A DNA stretch of 64,000 nt from an uncultured candidate division Zixibacteria bacterium. Lineage in GTDB: Bacteria; Zixibacteria; MSB-5A5; UBA10806. How positions within the stretch are numbered: the first letter of the stretch is position 1; each line of letters begins with the position of its first letter. The position numbers and the translations under genes were made by a program. The stretch covers positions 128,001 through 192,000 of the forward strand of contig CAWDFP010000007.1 of the NCBI GenBank assembly GCA_963801605.1, in the 5' to 3' direction. Shown one piece after another: positions 1-9,527 of the stretch. The notes below the pieces were generated by a model. That model did no database searches. It was not told the origin of the DNA and was given only the letters and a program-made list of their open reading frames with translations.

Positions 1-834
1 TATGGCAGGCTTCGCTTCAAAGGACCTGTCTCGGCCCCTTGCGGCCTGGTCGATTCATTGATTGTGGTCAACGAGGATGGCAATCGGATGGTTATCGATA
101 ACTGGGTAGTTGGCCGCCGTATCTGGCAAGTTGAGCTGAAGGGATCCGATATTGAGCCTCTAATCCATGATAAAAAAGTATACTGGCAGGACGGAACGGG
201 GAATTTTCAATGCTATGAAGTATTGGAGGGGAAAAGAATCTGGGAGAAAAAGCTTGAATTCAGGCTTGTAAGTCCTGCCGCAGCAAACGATTCCTGCGTA
301 GTTTTGGCCGGTGATGGTCCGAATATTGATTGCTTATCGCTTCAGGACGGCCATAGGCTCTGGCATGTTGACATGAAGGGTCGTATCAGGAATCCGATCG
401 AGATTGCGGGGGATACCGTGCTTTACTGCACGGCCGATGGCCATATAGGAACCTTAAGCCTGAAAGACGGCTCTAAAATTTGGGATATCGATACTGGCCC
501 GGAATTTATTGCTCCTCCGGCTACTGACGGTCAGGGGATTTATTTTGGCACCAATAATGGGCATTTTATGAAGTATAGTTTCAATTCTGGACAACAAATA
601 TGGGATAAGGATATCGGATCGCCCATAAAGGCAGGGGCTACCATTTTCGGCGATATGGTAATATTCGTGAGCCTAAACCACCGGGCCTATTTTGTCGATA
701 AGAATGATGGTACGATTAAGTCCGAATTTACGGCTCGGGGAATGCTTTCGGTAAGACCGGTCGCATGCTCCAATCGGATTTTTATCGCAGGAGAAGACAA
801 AAACCTTTATTGCTTTCAGGTAGCGGCAGAATGA
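1..834 (+). CDS. PQQ-like beta-propeller repeat protein (BamB-like), 5'-truncated by the window edge
   Basis: Frame is open from base 1; repeated G-x-x-x-W docking motifs (DGHRLW, DGSKIW, SGQQIW). Confidence 0.8.
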   Translation, partial: YGRLRFKGPVSAPCGLVDSLIVVNEDGNRMVIDNWVVGRRIWQVELKGSDIEPLIHDKKVYWQDGTGNFQCYEVLEGKRIWEKKLEFRLVSPAAANDSCVVLAGDGPNIDCLSLQDGHRLWHVDMKGRIRNPIEIAGDTVLYCTADGHIGTLSLKDGSKIWDIDTGPEFIAPPATDGQGIYFGTNNGHFMKYSFNSGQQIWDKDIGSPIKAGATIFGDMVIFVSLNHRAYFVDKNDGTIKSEFTARGMLSVRPVACSNRIFIAGEDKNLYCFQVAAE

Positions 835-3002
835 ATAATGACATCAAACAAATAAGCCTGGATATTCTTCGGGATATCTATGGCAGCTCTCGACGCCTGG
901 CCCTGTACCCTCTTGGCCATCCCATTACACAGGAAACATTAAAAAAGCCGTTGGGAACCTTAAATGAGGTTTTCATTTTCAAGCACAGCTTTACGGTTGA
1001 CCTGTTCAAAGATCGGATTCTTGGCGAGGGAGTGTTGCTTGATGATACAGTATATGTCTCAGGGATAGCCCTGGAAATGAAAAAGCACAAACTTTCAAGG
1101 GTTACATTCAGCTCTGATCTGGCGATAGGCGATCTTTATTATTTCCTATCGCTATTGGTGGCTCGTCCCGGACCTTTTCAGGATAATATGGCTCGCATCC
1201 TTAAGGCGAAAAATATTACGTCAATAATTGTCAACCACGATACCCCTCCAAGGCTATATGAATTCGACAAAATTGAAGGTATCAGCGGTGAAAAGTTTTA
1301 CCTCGAAGAGCGTATCAATGATGTCCTTTCCGAAAAATCGGGAGTTATAGGTTCCTACTACATGGGACGGCTTAAAGATGATAACGATGTGCTGGATGAG
1401 TTGGGGATTGATTTCCGGATATCGTATCTGGCCCGCTTCTTTAAGAATAATCTTTTGCATCTCGATCGCGACAAGGCCATGGCCTTAATCGAAAACGCAT
1501 TGCTTTCCACTAACTGGCTCGATGACGCTATCGATTCCCAGGCGGTACTGGGGCTCAGACGTATTTTCGATGATTATCTTACGGAAAATCCCGATGAGCA
1601 TGTGCTTTCCTCGGTTTATCATCTTCTTAAAAAAGTTGGCACTCCGGAATCGATATTGGGGCAGTTCTTTAATAAAACGTCTATTCTGAAACTTAAGACT
1701 TTTCAGCAGTCCGAGGATATAGTCGATACTCTAAAATATTCCGATCCATCGAAAGTCGATCTTGCCACCTTACGAAAAACCATTTTCAAATTGGCGGCCG
1801 CCCAACAGAACAGCTATATCGAAGACATAATAGATCAACTGATCAGGTCGTTATCCTCTCCGACGATGGAGGAGCGGCAAAAGGCCGGGAATCTAGTGGA
1901 ATCCGTTGCGGAAGTATTAGTCAACGGAGGCTTTTTCGAGTTTTACGGTCATATTTGCAAAGAAGCCGTTCGACTATCGCTGCTTCCAACTCAAACCAGC
2001 GAACCGGTAGAGTTGACCTCCAATTTAATATGGCTGGCCATAAAAAATAGTCGCTGGCCGGAATTTAAGGTGCTTTGCCGGACTCTGCGAGGCGTTGTCG
2101 ATGATCGTTTACAATCGGAGAGCAAACGCGAGTTGGCCGGGCTAAAGTTAGCGGAGATTTCATCATCGGATTTGATATTCAAAACGGCATCATGCTTAGC
2201 CGAAGGCAACCGTTCCGATGATGCCAATGAGTTTTTCGAGGGTATGAGCGCGCTCAGTTCAAAGGAAATTATCAAGATGCTGGCCGGCAAATTGACTCAT
2301 CCGGATATAAATATCAGATCACGGATGATCAAGCTGTTGGTGAGCATGAAAAAGGACGCCGGTGAAGTAATTACTGAAACGCTTGAAGAGATGATTGGAC
2401 GGTTGAAGGGCGGATCAATTTCAGACGAGGATTGGTATTATTTTCGTAATGCGCTTCGAGTGATAAAGGAAGTAAAGGCCGAGAGCGCGATGCCGCTTCT
2501 CGAAATCATGAGCGGATGGCCGACTGCCCGTATTAAACTTGAAGTGATCAAGACGCTCGAGGCGATGCCACCCGAAAGTTCCGTCAAACTTTTCGATAAG
2601 CTAACGCGCGATAGCGATGTCGATGTTAAAAAAGCGGCTATAGTGGCAATGGGTCTTTCGGGCGACAAATGCATGATTCCATATCTACGTGAAATATTTA
2701 TGACAAATCCGGATTGCCGGCAAATCGCGGTAGCATCATTAGGCCGGATAGGCGACGCTCCCGCAAGGGATATATTAATCGAGCTTTATGAAGACCCGAA
2801 GCTTTTCAAAGACCTTGGTATCATGAAGAGAGAATCGGATGAAATAAAAGCGACAATCCTAAAGGCCTTATCACTCATTGGCGATGAACTTTCCCTGAAA
2901 AAAATCGAACAGTACTCGGCAAAGTCCGTGGACAAATCGCTTTTTACTCGCGATCTTCTTTCCAACACCGCAAAAATTATTTTAGGGGCAAAAATTAAGT
3001 AG
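831..3002 (+). CDS. HEAT-repeat protein with N-terminal LYPxGHP domain
   Basis: ATGA overlap with upstream stop at 831-834; LALYPLGHP motif; C-terminal HEAT/PBS-lyase-like repeats (VKKAAIVAMG, AVASLGRIG). Confidence 0.75.
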   Translation: MNNDIKQISLDILRDIYGSSRRLALYPLGHPITQETLKKPLGTLNEVFIFKHSFTVDLFKDRILGEGVLLDDTVYVSGIALEMKKHKLSRVTFSSDLAIGDLYYFLSLLVARPGPFQDNMARILKAKNITSIIVNHDTPPRLYEFDKIEGISGEKFYLEERINDVLSEKSGVIGSYYMGRLKDDNDVLDELGIDFRISYLARFFKNNLLHLDRDKAMALIENALLSTNWLDDAIDSQAVLGLRRIFDDYLTENPDEHVLSSVYHLLKKVGTPESILGQFFNKTSILKLKTFQQSEDIVDTLKYSDPSKVDLATLRKTIFKLAAAQQNSYIEDIIDQLIRSLSSPTMEERQKAGNLVESVAEVLVNGGFFEFYGHICKEAVRLSLLPTQTSEPVELTSNLIWLAIKNSRWPEFKVLCRTLRGVVDDRLQSESKRELAGLKLAEISSSDLIFKTASCLAEGNRSDDANEFFEGMSALSSKEIIKMLAGKLTHPDINIRSRMIKLLVSMKKDAGEVITETLEEMIGRLKGGSISDEDWYYFRNALRVIKEVKAESAMPLLEIMSGWPTARIKLEVIKTLEAMPPESSVKLFDKLTRDSDVDVKKAAIVAMGLSGDKCMIPYLREIFMTNPDCRQIAVASLGRIGDAPARDILIELYEDPKLFKDLGIMKRESDEIKATILKALSLIGDELSLKKIEQYSAKSVDKSLFTRDLLSNTAKIILGAKIK

Positions 3003-3036
3003 CTGCCATCGTGGCATAGCATTGCATTTATGGCAT

Positions 3037-3065
3037 AAAAGGCTGTCATATTGACAGCCTTTTTT
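3037..3065 (+). terminator. Intrinsic, probably bidirectional, terminator
   Basis: AAAAGGCTGTCA-TAT-TGACAGCC-TTTTTT after the HEAT gene. Confidence 0.65.
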
Positions 3066-3112
3066 ATTTGGCATCGGAGTCAATCCTCAGTTAATACCCG
3101 TAAATACTTATA

Positions 3113-3125
3113 TATCAATATGTTG
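3113..3125 (+). promoter_or_regulatory. IHF-binding site candidate
   Basis: TATCAA-TATG-TTG matches WATCAANNNNTTR, with AT-rich sequence upstream. Confidence 0.55.
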
Positions 3126-3143
3126 TTAGAGTCAGTACAAAAT

Positions 3144-3160
3144 TTGGCACGTTGTTTGAA
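3144..3160 (+). promoter_or_regulatory. Sigma54-type -24/-12 promoter candidate for the hsp20-dnaK operon
   Basis: TTGGCACG-TTGT-TTGAA versus consensus YTGGCACG-N4-TTGCW; spacing correct, C>A at -12. Confidence 0.55.
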
Positions 3161-3210
3161 TAGTATTGGTGCGAGTGAAAATGGCAACGATTAACAAAGG
3201 AGAAATAGAA

Positions 3211-3576
3211 ATGTTTGACATCAGAATAGCACCATTTATCGCGGGGGCCGGATGTGATTTCAGCCCTCAACCAGACGTGGATATTTCGGAGACCAATGAC
3301 AGCTTCAACTTCAGCTTTGATATTCCGGGCGCATTAAAGGAAGATATCAAGATCTGGATCGACAACGATACGCTTACGGTTTCGGGCGAAAAAAAGTATG
3401 AGGCCGATAATAATGCCGAACGCCTGGTGGCGGAGAGAGTATTTGGCAAGTTTGAGCGTTCGTTCAAGCTTCCCAGCGCTGTTGATAAGAATAATGTCAC
3501 GGCGGAATTGGTAAACGGTGTATTGGCAATCAAATTGCCAAAGATCAATGATACCAAAGAGATTCATTTAAGTTAA
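3211..3576 (+). CDS. Hsp20/alpha-crystallin small heat-shock protein
   Basis: RBS AAGGAG before ATG 3211; VDISET, DIPG, ERVFGKFERSFKLP, NGVLAIKLPK motifs. Confidence 0.93.
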   Translation: MFDIRIAPFIAGAGCDFSPQPDVDISETNDSFNFSFDIPGALKEDIKIWIDNDTLTVSGEKKYEADNNAERLVAERVFGKFERSFKLPSAVDKNNVTAELVNGVLAIKLPKINDTKEIHLS

Positions 3577-3595
3577 TCAAAGGGAGGTGCATGAT

Positions 3596-4036
3596 ATGGC
3601 ATTAATCAGATGGAGACCGATGAGAGGCCTGGTGGATATCCAGGATGAAATCAACCGGATGTTCGAGGATATCGCCGGTTCAGCGGATGGAGAAAGGGGT
3701 ATGTCGAAGCTTTCTCCACCGGCGGATGTAATCGAAAATAAGGACTCATTTGTCGTCAGAGCGGAGCTTCCGGGCCTTAAAAAGGAAGATGTCAAGGTGA
3801 CGCTTCAAAACAACGTCTTGATACTCAGCGGCGAAAAGAAGAAAGAGACCGAGGAGAAAAATGAGGCGTACCACAGGGTAGAACGTTCCTATGGCTCATT
3901 CTACAGATCATTCGAGTTGCCGGTGGCGGTTGACGCTAGCAATATTAAGGCTGATTTCAAAGACGGGATTCTCAAAGTAGTGCTTCCCAAGATCGAGGAA
4001 GCCAAACCAAAAGAAATCGAAATAAGCGTAAAATAG
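3596..4036 (+). CDS. Hsp20/alpha-crystallin small heat-shock protein
   Basis: RBS GGAGG; MALIRWRP start; ELPGLKKEDV, ERSYGSFYRSF, DGILKVVLPK. Confidence 0.95.
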   Translation: MALIRWRPMRGLVDIQDEINRMFEDIAGSADGERGMSKLSPPADVIENKDSFVVRAELPGLKKEDVKVTLQNNVLILSGEKKKETEEKNEAYHRVERSYGSFYRSFELPVAVDASNIKADFKDGILKVVLPKIEEAKPKEIEISVK

Positions 4037-4302
4037 GGGAGCGGCGGCTGCGGAGATAATCTCCGCGTTCCGCCTGGGTTCTTTAGAGGGTTAATTCCCA
4101 ATTGAGGATCCAGGCGGAACCTGATTATAAAAAAATTAGTAATTTGACCTGAAAGGTGGCATCAAATGACAATAATAAAGATTTTAATTCCGTTGATTCT
4201 CGGTATCATGATTATCATTTTGGCGATGGCCAAAAGTTCAAAACCGAAAATCGCAGTAGTGAAGATATCAAAAAAATACTATCGATAAGGAGGTGAGGAT
4301 CA

Positions 4303-6195
4303 ATGGCTAAAGTAATAGGTATTGACCTCGGGACAACAAATTCGTGTGTGTCAACAATGGAGGGCGGCAATCCGGTTGTGATCCCCAATTCGGAGGGTTC
4401 GAGGACTACGCCGTCGGTGGTAGCGGTAAGCAAAACCGGTGAGATACTTGTCGGACAGGTGGCAAAAAGGCAGGCGATTACCAATCCCACCAGTACCATT
4501 TTTTCGGTCAAGCGTTTCATGGGAAGAAACTATAACGAGGTGACATCGGAAATAGCAAATTTTCCCTATAAGGTAAAACCGGGCCCTAATAATGATGTTC
4601 GAATCGCGATGGGCGGTAAGGATTATTCTCCACCCGAAATTTCGGCGATGATCCTGCAGTACATGAGAAAGGCGGCTGAGGATTACCTCGGTCAGAAGGT
4701 CACTCAGGCTATCATAACGGTACCGGCCTATTTCAACGATTCGCAGCGTCAGGCAACCAAGGACGCCGGTAGAATCGCCGGGCTGGAGGTGCTTCGTATT
4801 ATCAATGAACCGACAGCGGCATCGTTGGCTTACGGACTTGACAAAAAGAAGGACGAGAAGATAGCGGTCTTCGATTTGGGTGGCGGCACATTCGATATTT
4901 CCGTTCTCGAAATTGGTGAAGGGGTATTCGAAGTGCGCTCCACCAATGGCGATACTCATCTGGGCGGCGATGATTTCGACAAGCGCATCATGGATTGGCT
5001 GATTGATGAGTTTAAGAAGAGCGATAGTATCGATCTCTCTCGCGATCCGATGGCTCTTCAAAGGCTAAAGGAGGCCGCCGAAAAAGCCAAGATCGAGCTT
5101 TCAAGCACTCTTCAAACCAATATTAATTTGCCGTTTATTACGGCCGATCAGAACGGGCCGCGCCATCTGAATTTGACTCTAACTCGCGCCAAATATGAGC
5201 AGTTGGTGGATGACCTTATCCAACGGACAATTGAACCTTGCAAGAAAGCCATGGCCGATGCGCATTTGAACACATCGGAGATCGATGAAGTGATCCTGGT
5301 TGGCGGTATGACCAGAATGCCCAAAGTGCAGGAAGTTGTAAAAAGCCTGTTTGGCAAAGAACCGCATAAGGGTGTCAATCCCGATGAAGTCGTGGCAGTC
5401 GGCGCCGGAGTTCAGGGCGGAGTTCTGGCCGGCGATGTCAAAGATGTCCTGCTTTTAGATGTCACACCGCTCTCGCTGGGAATCGAGACGCTGGGCGGTG
5501 TCTTTACCAAGCTGATCGAACGCAATACCACAATCCCGACCAAGAAATCGGAAGTGTTTTCGACCGCGGCGGATAATCAAACATCGGTGGAGGTTCATGT
5601 GCTTCAGGGCGAGCGAGATCTGGCATCATATAATAAGACGATAGGCAGATTTTTCCTGGATGGCATTCCGCAGGCGCCCCGAGGCATTCCGCAAATCGAA
5701 GTTTCATTCGATATCGATGCTAACGGAATTCTCAACGTATCGGCCCGGGATAAGGCCACGGGCAAAGAACAGACGATTCGGATCACGGCCTCGTCAGGTT
5801 TGACCGAGCAGGAAATCCAGAAAATGGTAAAAGACGCCGAGACGCACGCATCGGAGGACCACGCCAACCGCGAAAAGGTTGAAATGCGCAATAGGGCCGA
5901 TCAGGAAATCTATCAGACCGAAAAGCAACTGAAGGAATTCGAGGGAAAGATCGATCCCGATGCAAAGACCAAAGTCGAAACCGCTCTCAACCGTCTCAAG
6001 GATGCTGTGAAGGGCGAAGACGTTAACGAAATTCGCTCAGCATCGGAGGCTTTGACGGCGATATGGCATGAGGTTTCGGCCAAGATGTACCAGCAGCAAA
6101 CCGCCGGAACGAATTCTGGCGGAGGTCAACAGGGCGGTGGTCCGCAAAATCAGGGCAGCGGCCCTATCGATGCTGACTACGAGGTAGTTAAGTAA
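4303..6195 (+). CDS. dnaK: Molecular chaperone DnaK
   Basis: [25 protein letters not shown] motifs. Confidence 0.99.
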   Translation: MAKVIGIDLGTTNSCVSTMEGGNPVVIPNSEGSRTTPSVVAVSKTGEILVGQVAKRQAITNPTSTIFSVKRFMGRNYNEVTSEIANFPYKVKPGPNNDVRIAMGGKDYSPPEISAMILQYMRKAAEDYLGQKVTQAIITVPAYFNDSQRQATKDAGRIAGLEVLRIINEPTAASLAYGLDKKKDEKIAVFDLGGGTFDISVLEIGEGVFEVRSTNGDTHLGGDDFDKRIMDWLIDEFKKSDSIDLSRDPMALQRLKEAAEKAKIELSSTLQTNINLPFITADQNGPRHLNLTLTRAKYEQLVDDLIQRTIEPCKKAMADAHLNTSEIDEVILVGGMTRMPKVQEVVKSLFGKEPHKGVNPDEVVAVGAGVQGGVLAGDVKDVLLLDVTPLSLGIETLGGVFTKLIERNTTIPTKKSEVFSTAADNQTSVEVHVLQGERDLASYNKTIGRFFLDGIPQAPRGIPQIEVSFDIDANGILNVSARDKATGKEQTIRITASSGLTEQEIQKMVKDAETHASEDHANREKVEMRNRADQEIYQTEKQLKEFEGKIDPDAKTKVETALNRLKDAVKGEDVNEIRSASEALTAIWHEVSAKMYQQQTAGTNSGGGQQGGGPQNQGSGPIDADYEVVK

Positions 6196-6245
6196 TCGAT
6201 TTGAAATTAGGAAATTAATTTCGGTTGTGTGGAGGTTAAGGGATT

Positions 6246-6278
6246 GTGCAGGGGCGTATAAGCAATACGCCCCTGCAC
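6246..6278. repeat. REP-like perfect palindrome / stem-loop after dnaK
   Basis: GTGCAGGGGCGTAT-AAGCA-ATACGCCCCTGCAC, 14-bp perfect stem. Confidence 0.6.
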
Positions 6279-6462
6279 TTTAGGGTTTTTAATTTCCATA
6301 GGCCAACAGGCAGAGGAGTGGATCGGATAGCAGGCGTCAATATTTTATAGAATAATTAAATAAACGATAGGACGGTCAAAACGCGAAAGTTTGATTTAGT
6401 CAAAATTTCATCATATAATAATTAATAATGAAAAGGCGGGCATAAAATTATAATATTGAAAG

Positions 6463-7539
6463 ATGAAAGATTATTATAAAATACTTGGTGTTCCGGAAAC
6501 AGCTTCTGAAGCTGAGATAAAAAAAGCTTATCGCAATCTGGCCAAAAAGTATCATCCTGACGCCAATCCCGGCAATAAGGCATCAGAAAATAAATTCAAG
6601 GAGATTTCGGAAGCTAACGAGGCTCTTTCGAATAAGCAAAAGCGGGCGCAATACGATCAGATGCGTCGCTACGGCGGGGGAGGTTTTGGCGGTTTTGAGA
6701 GGGGAGGACCGAGGCCGGGCGCGGGAACCTCATATAATCAGGAATATAATTTCGACGACCTGTCATCGGTATTCGGTGAATCCGGCGGTTTTGGCTCATT
6801 TGCCGACCTGCTTTCATCGCTATTTGGTCAGGGTGGAAGATCGCCGTTTGGAGGATCAACTCGCTCGGGGAGATTTGCGGAAGCTGACGATACTTATGCC
6901 GAGATAGAAATCCCATTTGAAACCGCAATGCGCGGCGGGCGTGTCAATATTAAGTTGGAAGTTAGCGAACAGTGTCCCGTCTGTCAGGGAACAGGTTCAA
7001 AACCGGGATCATCAGTAAGAACCTGCCCGGACTGTCATGGCAGGGGGCATATAAGTTTCACTCAAGGGAATTTTGCGGTATCTCGTCCCTGCCCGCGCTG
7101 CCTGGGCCGCGGCCAGATTATCGGTGAACTATGCCCGAACTGCAAAGGGGAAGGAAATGTAAGACGACCCAGGGAAATTGCGGTTAAAATTCCGGCAGGT
7201 ATTGAATCGGGAAAATCGATTCGCTTAAGAGGCTTGGGAGGGCCGGGTGAAAATGGGGGCGCCCCAGGTGATTTGTATCTTAAAGTTAATATAATTAAGG
7301 ATAAGGCTTTTTGGCGGGACGGCCTCGATATTCATTATCGTTTACCGATTACCCAGGACCAGGCTTTGCATGGAGCTAAAATCAGAATACCGACAATTAC
7401 AAATCAGCAGATTAATCTAAATATTCCGCCGGGCACAAAATCGGGGGCAAAGCTGCGGCTTCGAGGTTTGGGGCTGGTTCAGGATAGTCGTAAAGGTGAC
7501 CAGATTGTTGAAGTCGAAGTTAAGTCAAATAAATCTTAA
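6463..7539 (+). CDS. dnaJ: Molecular chaperone DnaJ
   Basis: J domain with HPD, G/F region, four CxxCxGxG repeats, C-terminal domain. Confidence 0.97.
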   Translation: MKDYYKILGVPETASEAEIKKAYRNLAKKYHPDANPGNKASENKFKEISEANEALSNKQKRAQYDQMRRYGGGGFGGFERGGPRPGAGTSYNQEYNFDDLSSVFGESGGFGSFADLLSSLFGQGGRSPFGGSTRSGRFAEADDTYAEIEIPFETAMRGGRVNIKLEVSEQCPVCQGTGSKPGSSVRTCPDCHGRGHISFTQGNFAVSRPCPRCLGRGQIIGELCPNCKGEGNVRRPREIAVKIPAGIESGKSIRLRGLGGPGENGGAPGDLYLKVNIIKDKAFWRDGLDIHYRLPITQDQALHGAKIRIPTITNQQINLNIPPGTKSGAKLRLRGLGLVQDSRKGDQIVEVEVKSNKS

Positions 7540-7550
7540 AAATACACGAT

Positions 7551-7850
7551 AATCGAATAGATGAAGTAATAGCCTTCAAGCCATTAACAATTAAAGAGAT
7601 AGAAAGCATAGTCAGTCTTGAATTTAGCCCGGGTATAAGCAGGCTGTCATCCTTGGTTTTTAAGTATAATTAGCCGATGACCACAAAGCCTATTTAGCCA
7701 AAGAGGAGTACAAACCGCGATTTGGAGCCAGACCGCTATAACGGGTGATTAAGCGAAACTTGACAGATAAGCTCGCCAATCTTATTCTATCAGGCAAATT
7801 GTCGTCTGACGGTAAGATCGTCATCGATGCCAATAAAATAGCGCCTCGTT
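7551..7850 (+). pseudogene. clpB: Relic of the 3' end of a clpB/clpC AAA+ chaperone gene
   Basis: Manual translation NRIDEVIAFKPL...(frameshift)...YKPRFGARPL*RVIKRNLTDKLANLILSG; in-frame TAA at 7739-7741; upstream part of the gene absent. Confidence 0.8.
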
Positions 7851-7910
7851 TTCAAAAGCGAAGAGGTAGAGGCAAAATCGGTTATCTGATCCAAACTCAG
7901 GGAGGTCGGC

Positions 7911-8297
7911 TTGAAACGACTATATGTGGTTATGATGGCTGGGTTGTTTCTGTTTGCGTGCGGTAATAAAAAAGCGAATGTATTAGACGAACAGGCACTG
8001 TTTCAACAGGCGCAAAGTTTCGAGAGATCGCAGGAGTTCGCGAAGGCTTACGATTCATATCAAATTATCATTGATAAATATCCCCAAAGCCCTCTTCGCT
8101 ACAAAGCCCTCTTTATGGCAGGATATATCCAGCTTGAATATCTTAAAGATAACAAGAAAGCCTTAGGCTTATTCGATACCCTTTTGAAAGAATATCCCAA
8201 GTGCGACCTGGCGAAAGATGCCAAAGTAATCCGCGATGTCGCCGCCAGCGGCAAAGACCTGATGTCTGTCTTTCAGGATTCTTTAAAGGGCAAATAA
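7911..8297 (+). CDS. TPR-containing lipoprotein (YbgF/BamD-like)
   Basis: RBS GGAGG with TTG start; lipobox LFAC; TPR-like YP-x-S/C motifs. Confidence 0.75.
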   Translation: MKRLYVVMMAGLFLFACGNKKANVLDEQALFQQAQSFERSQEFAKAYDSYQIIIDKYPQSPLRYKALFMAGYIQLEYLKDNKKALGLFDTLLKEYPKCDLAKDAKVIRDVAASGKDLMSVFQDSLKGK

Positions 8298-8499
8298 TCG
8301 CCTTATAATAAATATAGATAAACGGTGATATGAAGGCCTTAAGTTATTAGACTGTCAATCGCCGTTTTTATTCATGGTCGGGTCCGGATTCCGTATTTTC
8401 CACTGATAAATTATCCAAGATATTCCTCAAAGAAAAACGCCTTTTTTATTGACTGGAGCCTTATTAGATAGTAATCTCAGATGCGAAACGGAGGGGTGA

Positions 8500-8937
8500 A
8501 TGAAAATCGTGCTTCAACGGGTCTCCGAAGCTTCCGTCGAGGTTTCCAGCCAGATAATAAGCGCCACCGGTTCCGGGTTATTACTTTTGGTTGGGGCCGA
8601 TAAGGATGACACTCAAAAAAATGCCGATTTTTTAGCCGACCGCATCCTGGGCTTACGTATTTTCGAAGATAATGCCGGGAAAATGAACCTCTCCGCAGTC
8701 GATGTTAAAAGCGAGATTATGGCTGTTTCGCAATTTACGCTTTCGGCGGATATCTCCAAGGGGAGAAGACCGTCGTTTTCAACGGCCATGGAGCCCGACG
8801 AGGCGTTGAAACTATTCGATTATTTTGTGGGTAAACTTCGAGATAGCGGCTTAGTTGTAAAAACCGGGGAGTTTGGGGCCAAAATGATGGTTCGCCTGGT
8901 AAACGACGGCCCGGTCACTTTTGTATTGGAAGGATAA
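8500..8937 (+). CDS. dtd: D-aminoacyl-tRNA deacylase
   Basis: MKIVLQRV, SQFTL, GRRPSF, NDGPVT. Confidence 0.97.
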   Translation: MKIVLQRVSEASVEVSSQIISATGSGLLLLVGADKDDTQKNADFLADRILGLRIFEDNAGKMNLSAVDVKSEIMAVSQFTLSADISKGRRPSFSTAMEPDEALKLFDYFVGKLRDSGLVVKTGEFGAKMMVRLVNDGPVTFVLEG

Positions 8938-9527
8938 TGGCAATTTCGACCGGCAAAATAATATTGGCGTCCGGTTCTCCTCGGAGAAAGGAATTGCTTT
9001 CAAATTTGGGATACCGGTTCGAGATCATAGTTCCCGATCTCGATGAGACGCCGCTTCCGGGGGAGATTCCGGCTGAACATGTCCTGCGCTTATCGCTGGC
9101 TAAAGCCGAGTTGATAGCGAAAGATCATCCCGCGGATCTCGTTATTGGAGCTGATACTATAGTCGTACTCGATGATACCATTCTGGGCAAGCCATCATCT
9201 CCCGATGAAGCCGTTTCGATGCTGAAGTTTTTATCGGGGAGATCTCATGTGGTTTATACCGGATTATCTCTGGTTATCAAAGATGATAGAATTTCGATTT
9301 CGAAATATGATGCAACCAGGGTTGTCTTTAATAATCTGGACGATAAGGCCATTCGGGAATATGTGGCCAGCGGCGAACCGCTCGATAAAGCCGGAGCCTA
9401 CGGAATCCAGGGGATGGGATCGTTTCTGGTTAATCATTACGAGGGTGAATTCGATACCGTTATAGGATTCCCCACGGAGCTGTTTAAGAGAATGTATGAG
9501 GAGGTTGTTTCTTGCCGGAATCGTTAG
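8937..9527 (+). CDS. maf: Maf family nucleotide pyrophosphatase
   Basis: ILASGSPRR, IGADT, GEPLDKAGAYGIQG. Confidence 0.95.
   Translation: MAISTGKIILASGSPRRKELLSNLGYRFEIIVPDLDETPLPGEIPAEHVLRLSLAKAELIAKDHPADLVIGADTIVVLDDTILGKPSSPDEAVSMLKFLSGRSHVVYTGLSLVIKDDRISISKYDATRVVFNNLDDKAIREYVASGEPLDKAGAYGIQGMGSFLVNHYEGEFDTVIGFPTELFKRMYEEVVSCRNR

Noticed and set aside
3011..3027. Second sigma54 promoter GTGGCATAGCATTGCAT
   Set aside because: GG to GC spacing is 9 rather than the required 10, and it lies upstream of the terminator.
4215..5965. Long antisense ORFs over dnaK (similarly over smc, pnp, nusA and proS)
   Set aside because: Shadow ORFs opposite well-conserved genes, with no recognisable motifs.
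6374..6405. CtsR or FNR box upstream of dnaJ (GGTCAAA...TTTGATTTAGTCAAA)
   Set aside because: Spacing fits neither the CtsR direct repeat (3 nt) nor the FNR TTGAT-N4-ATCAA consensus.
7745..7966. 73-aa ORF as an independent gene
   Set aside because: It is the tail of the clpB relic downstream of the in-frame stop.
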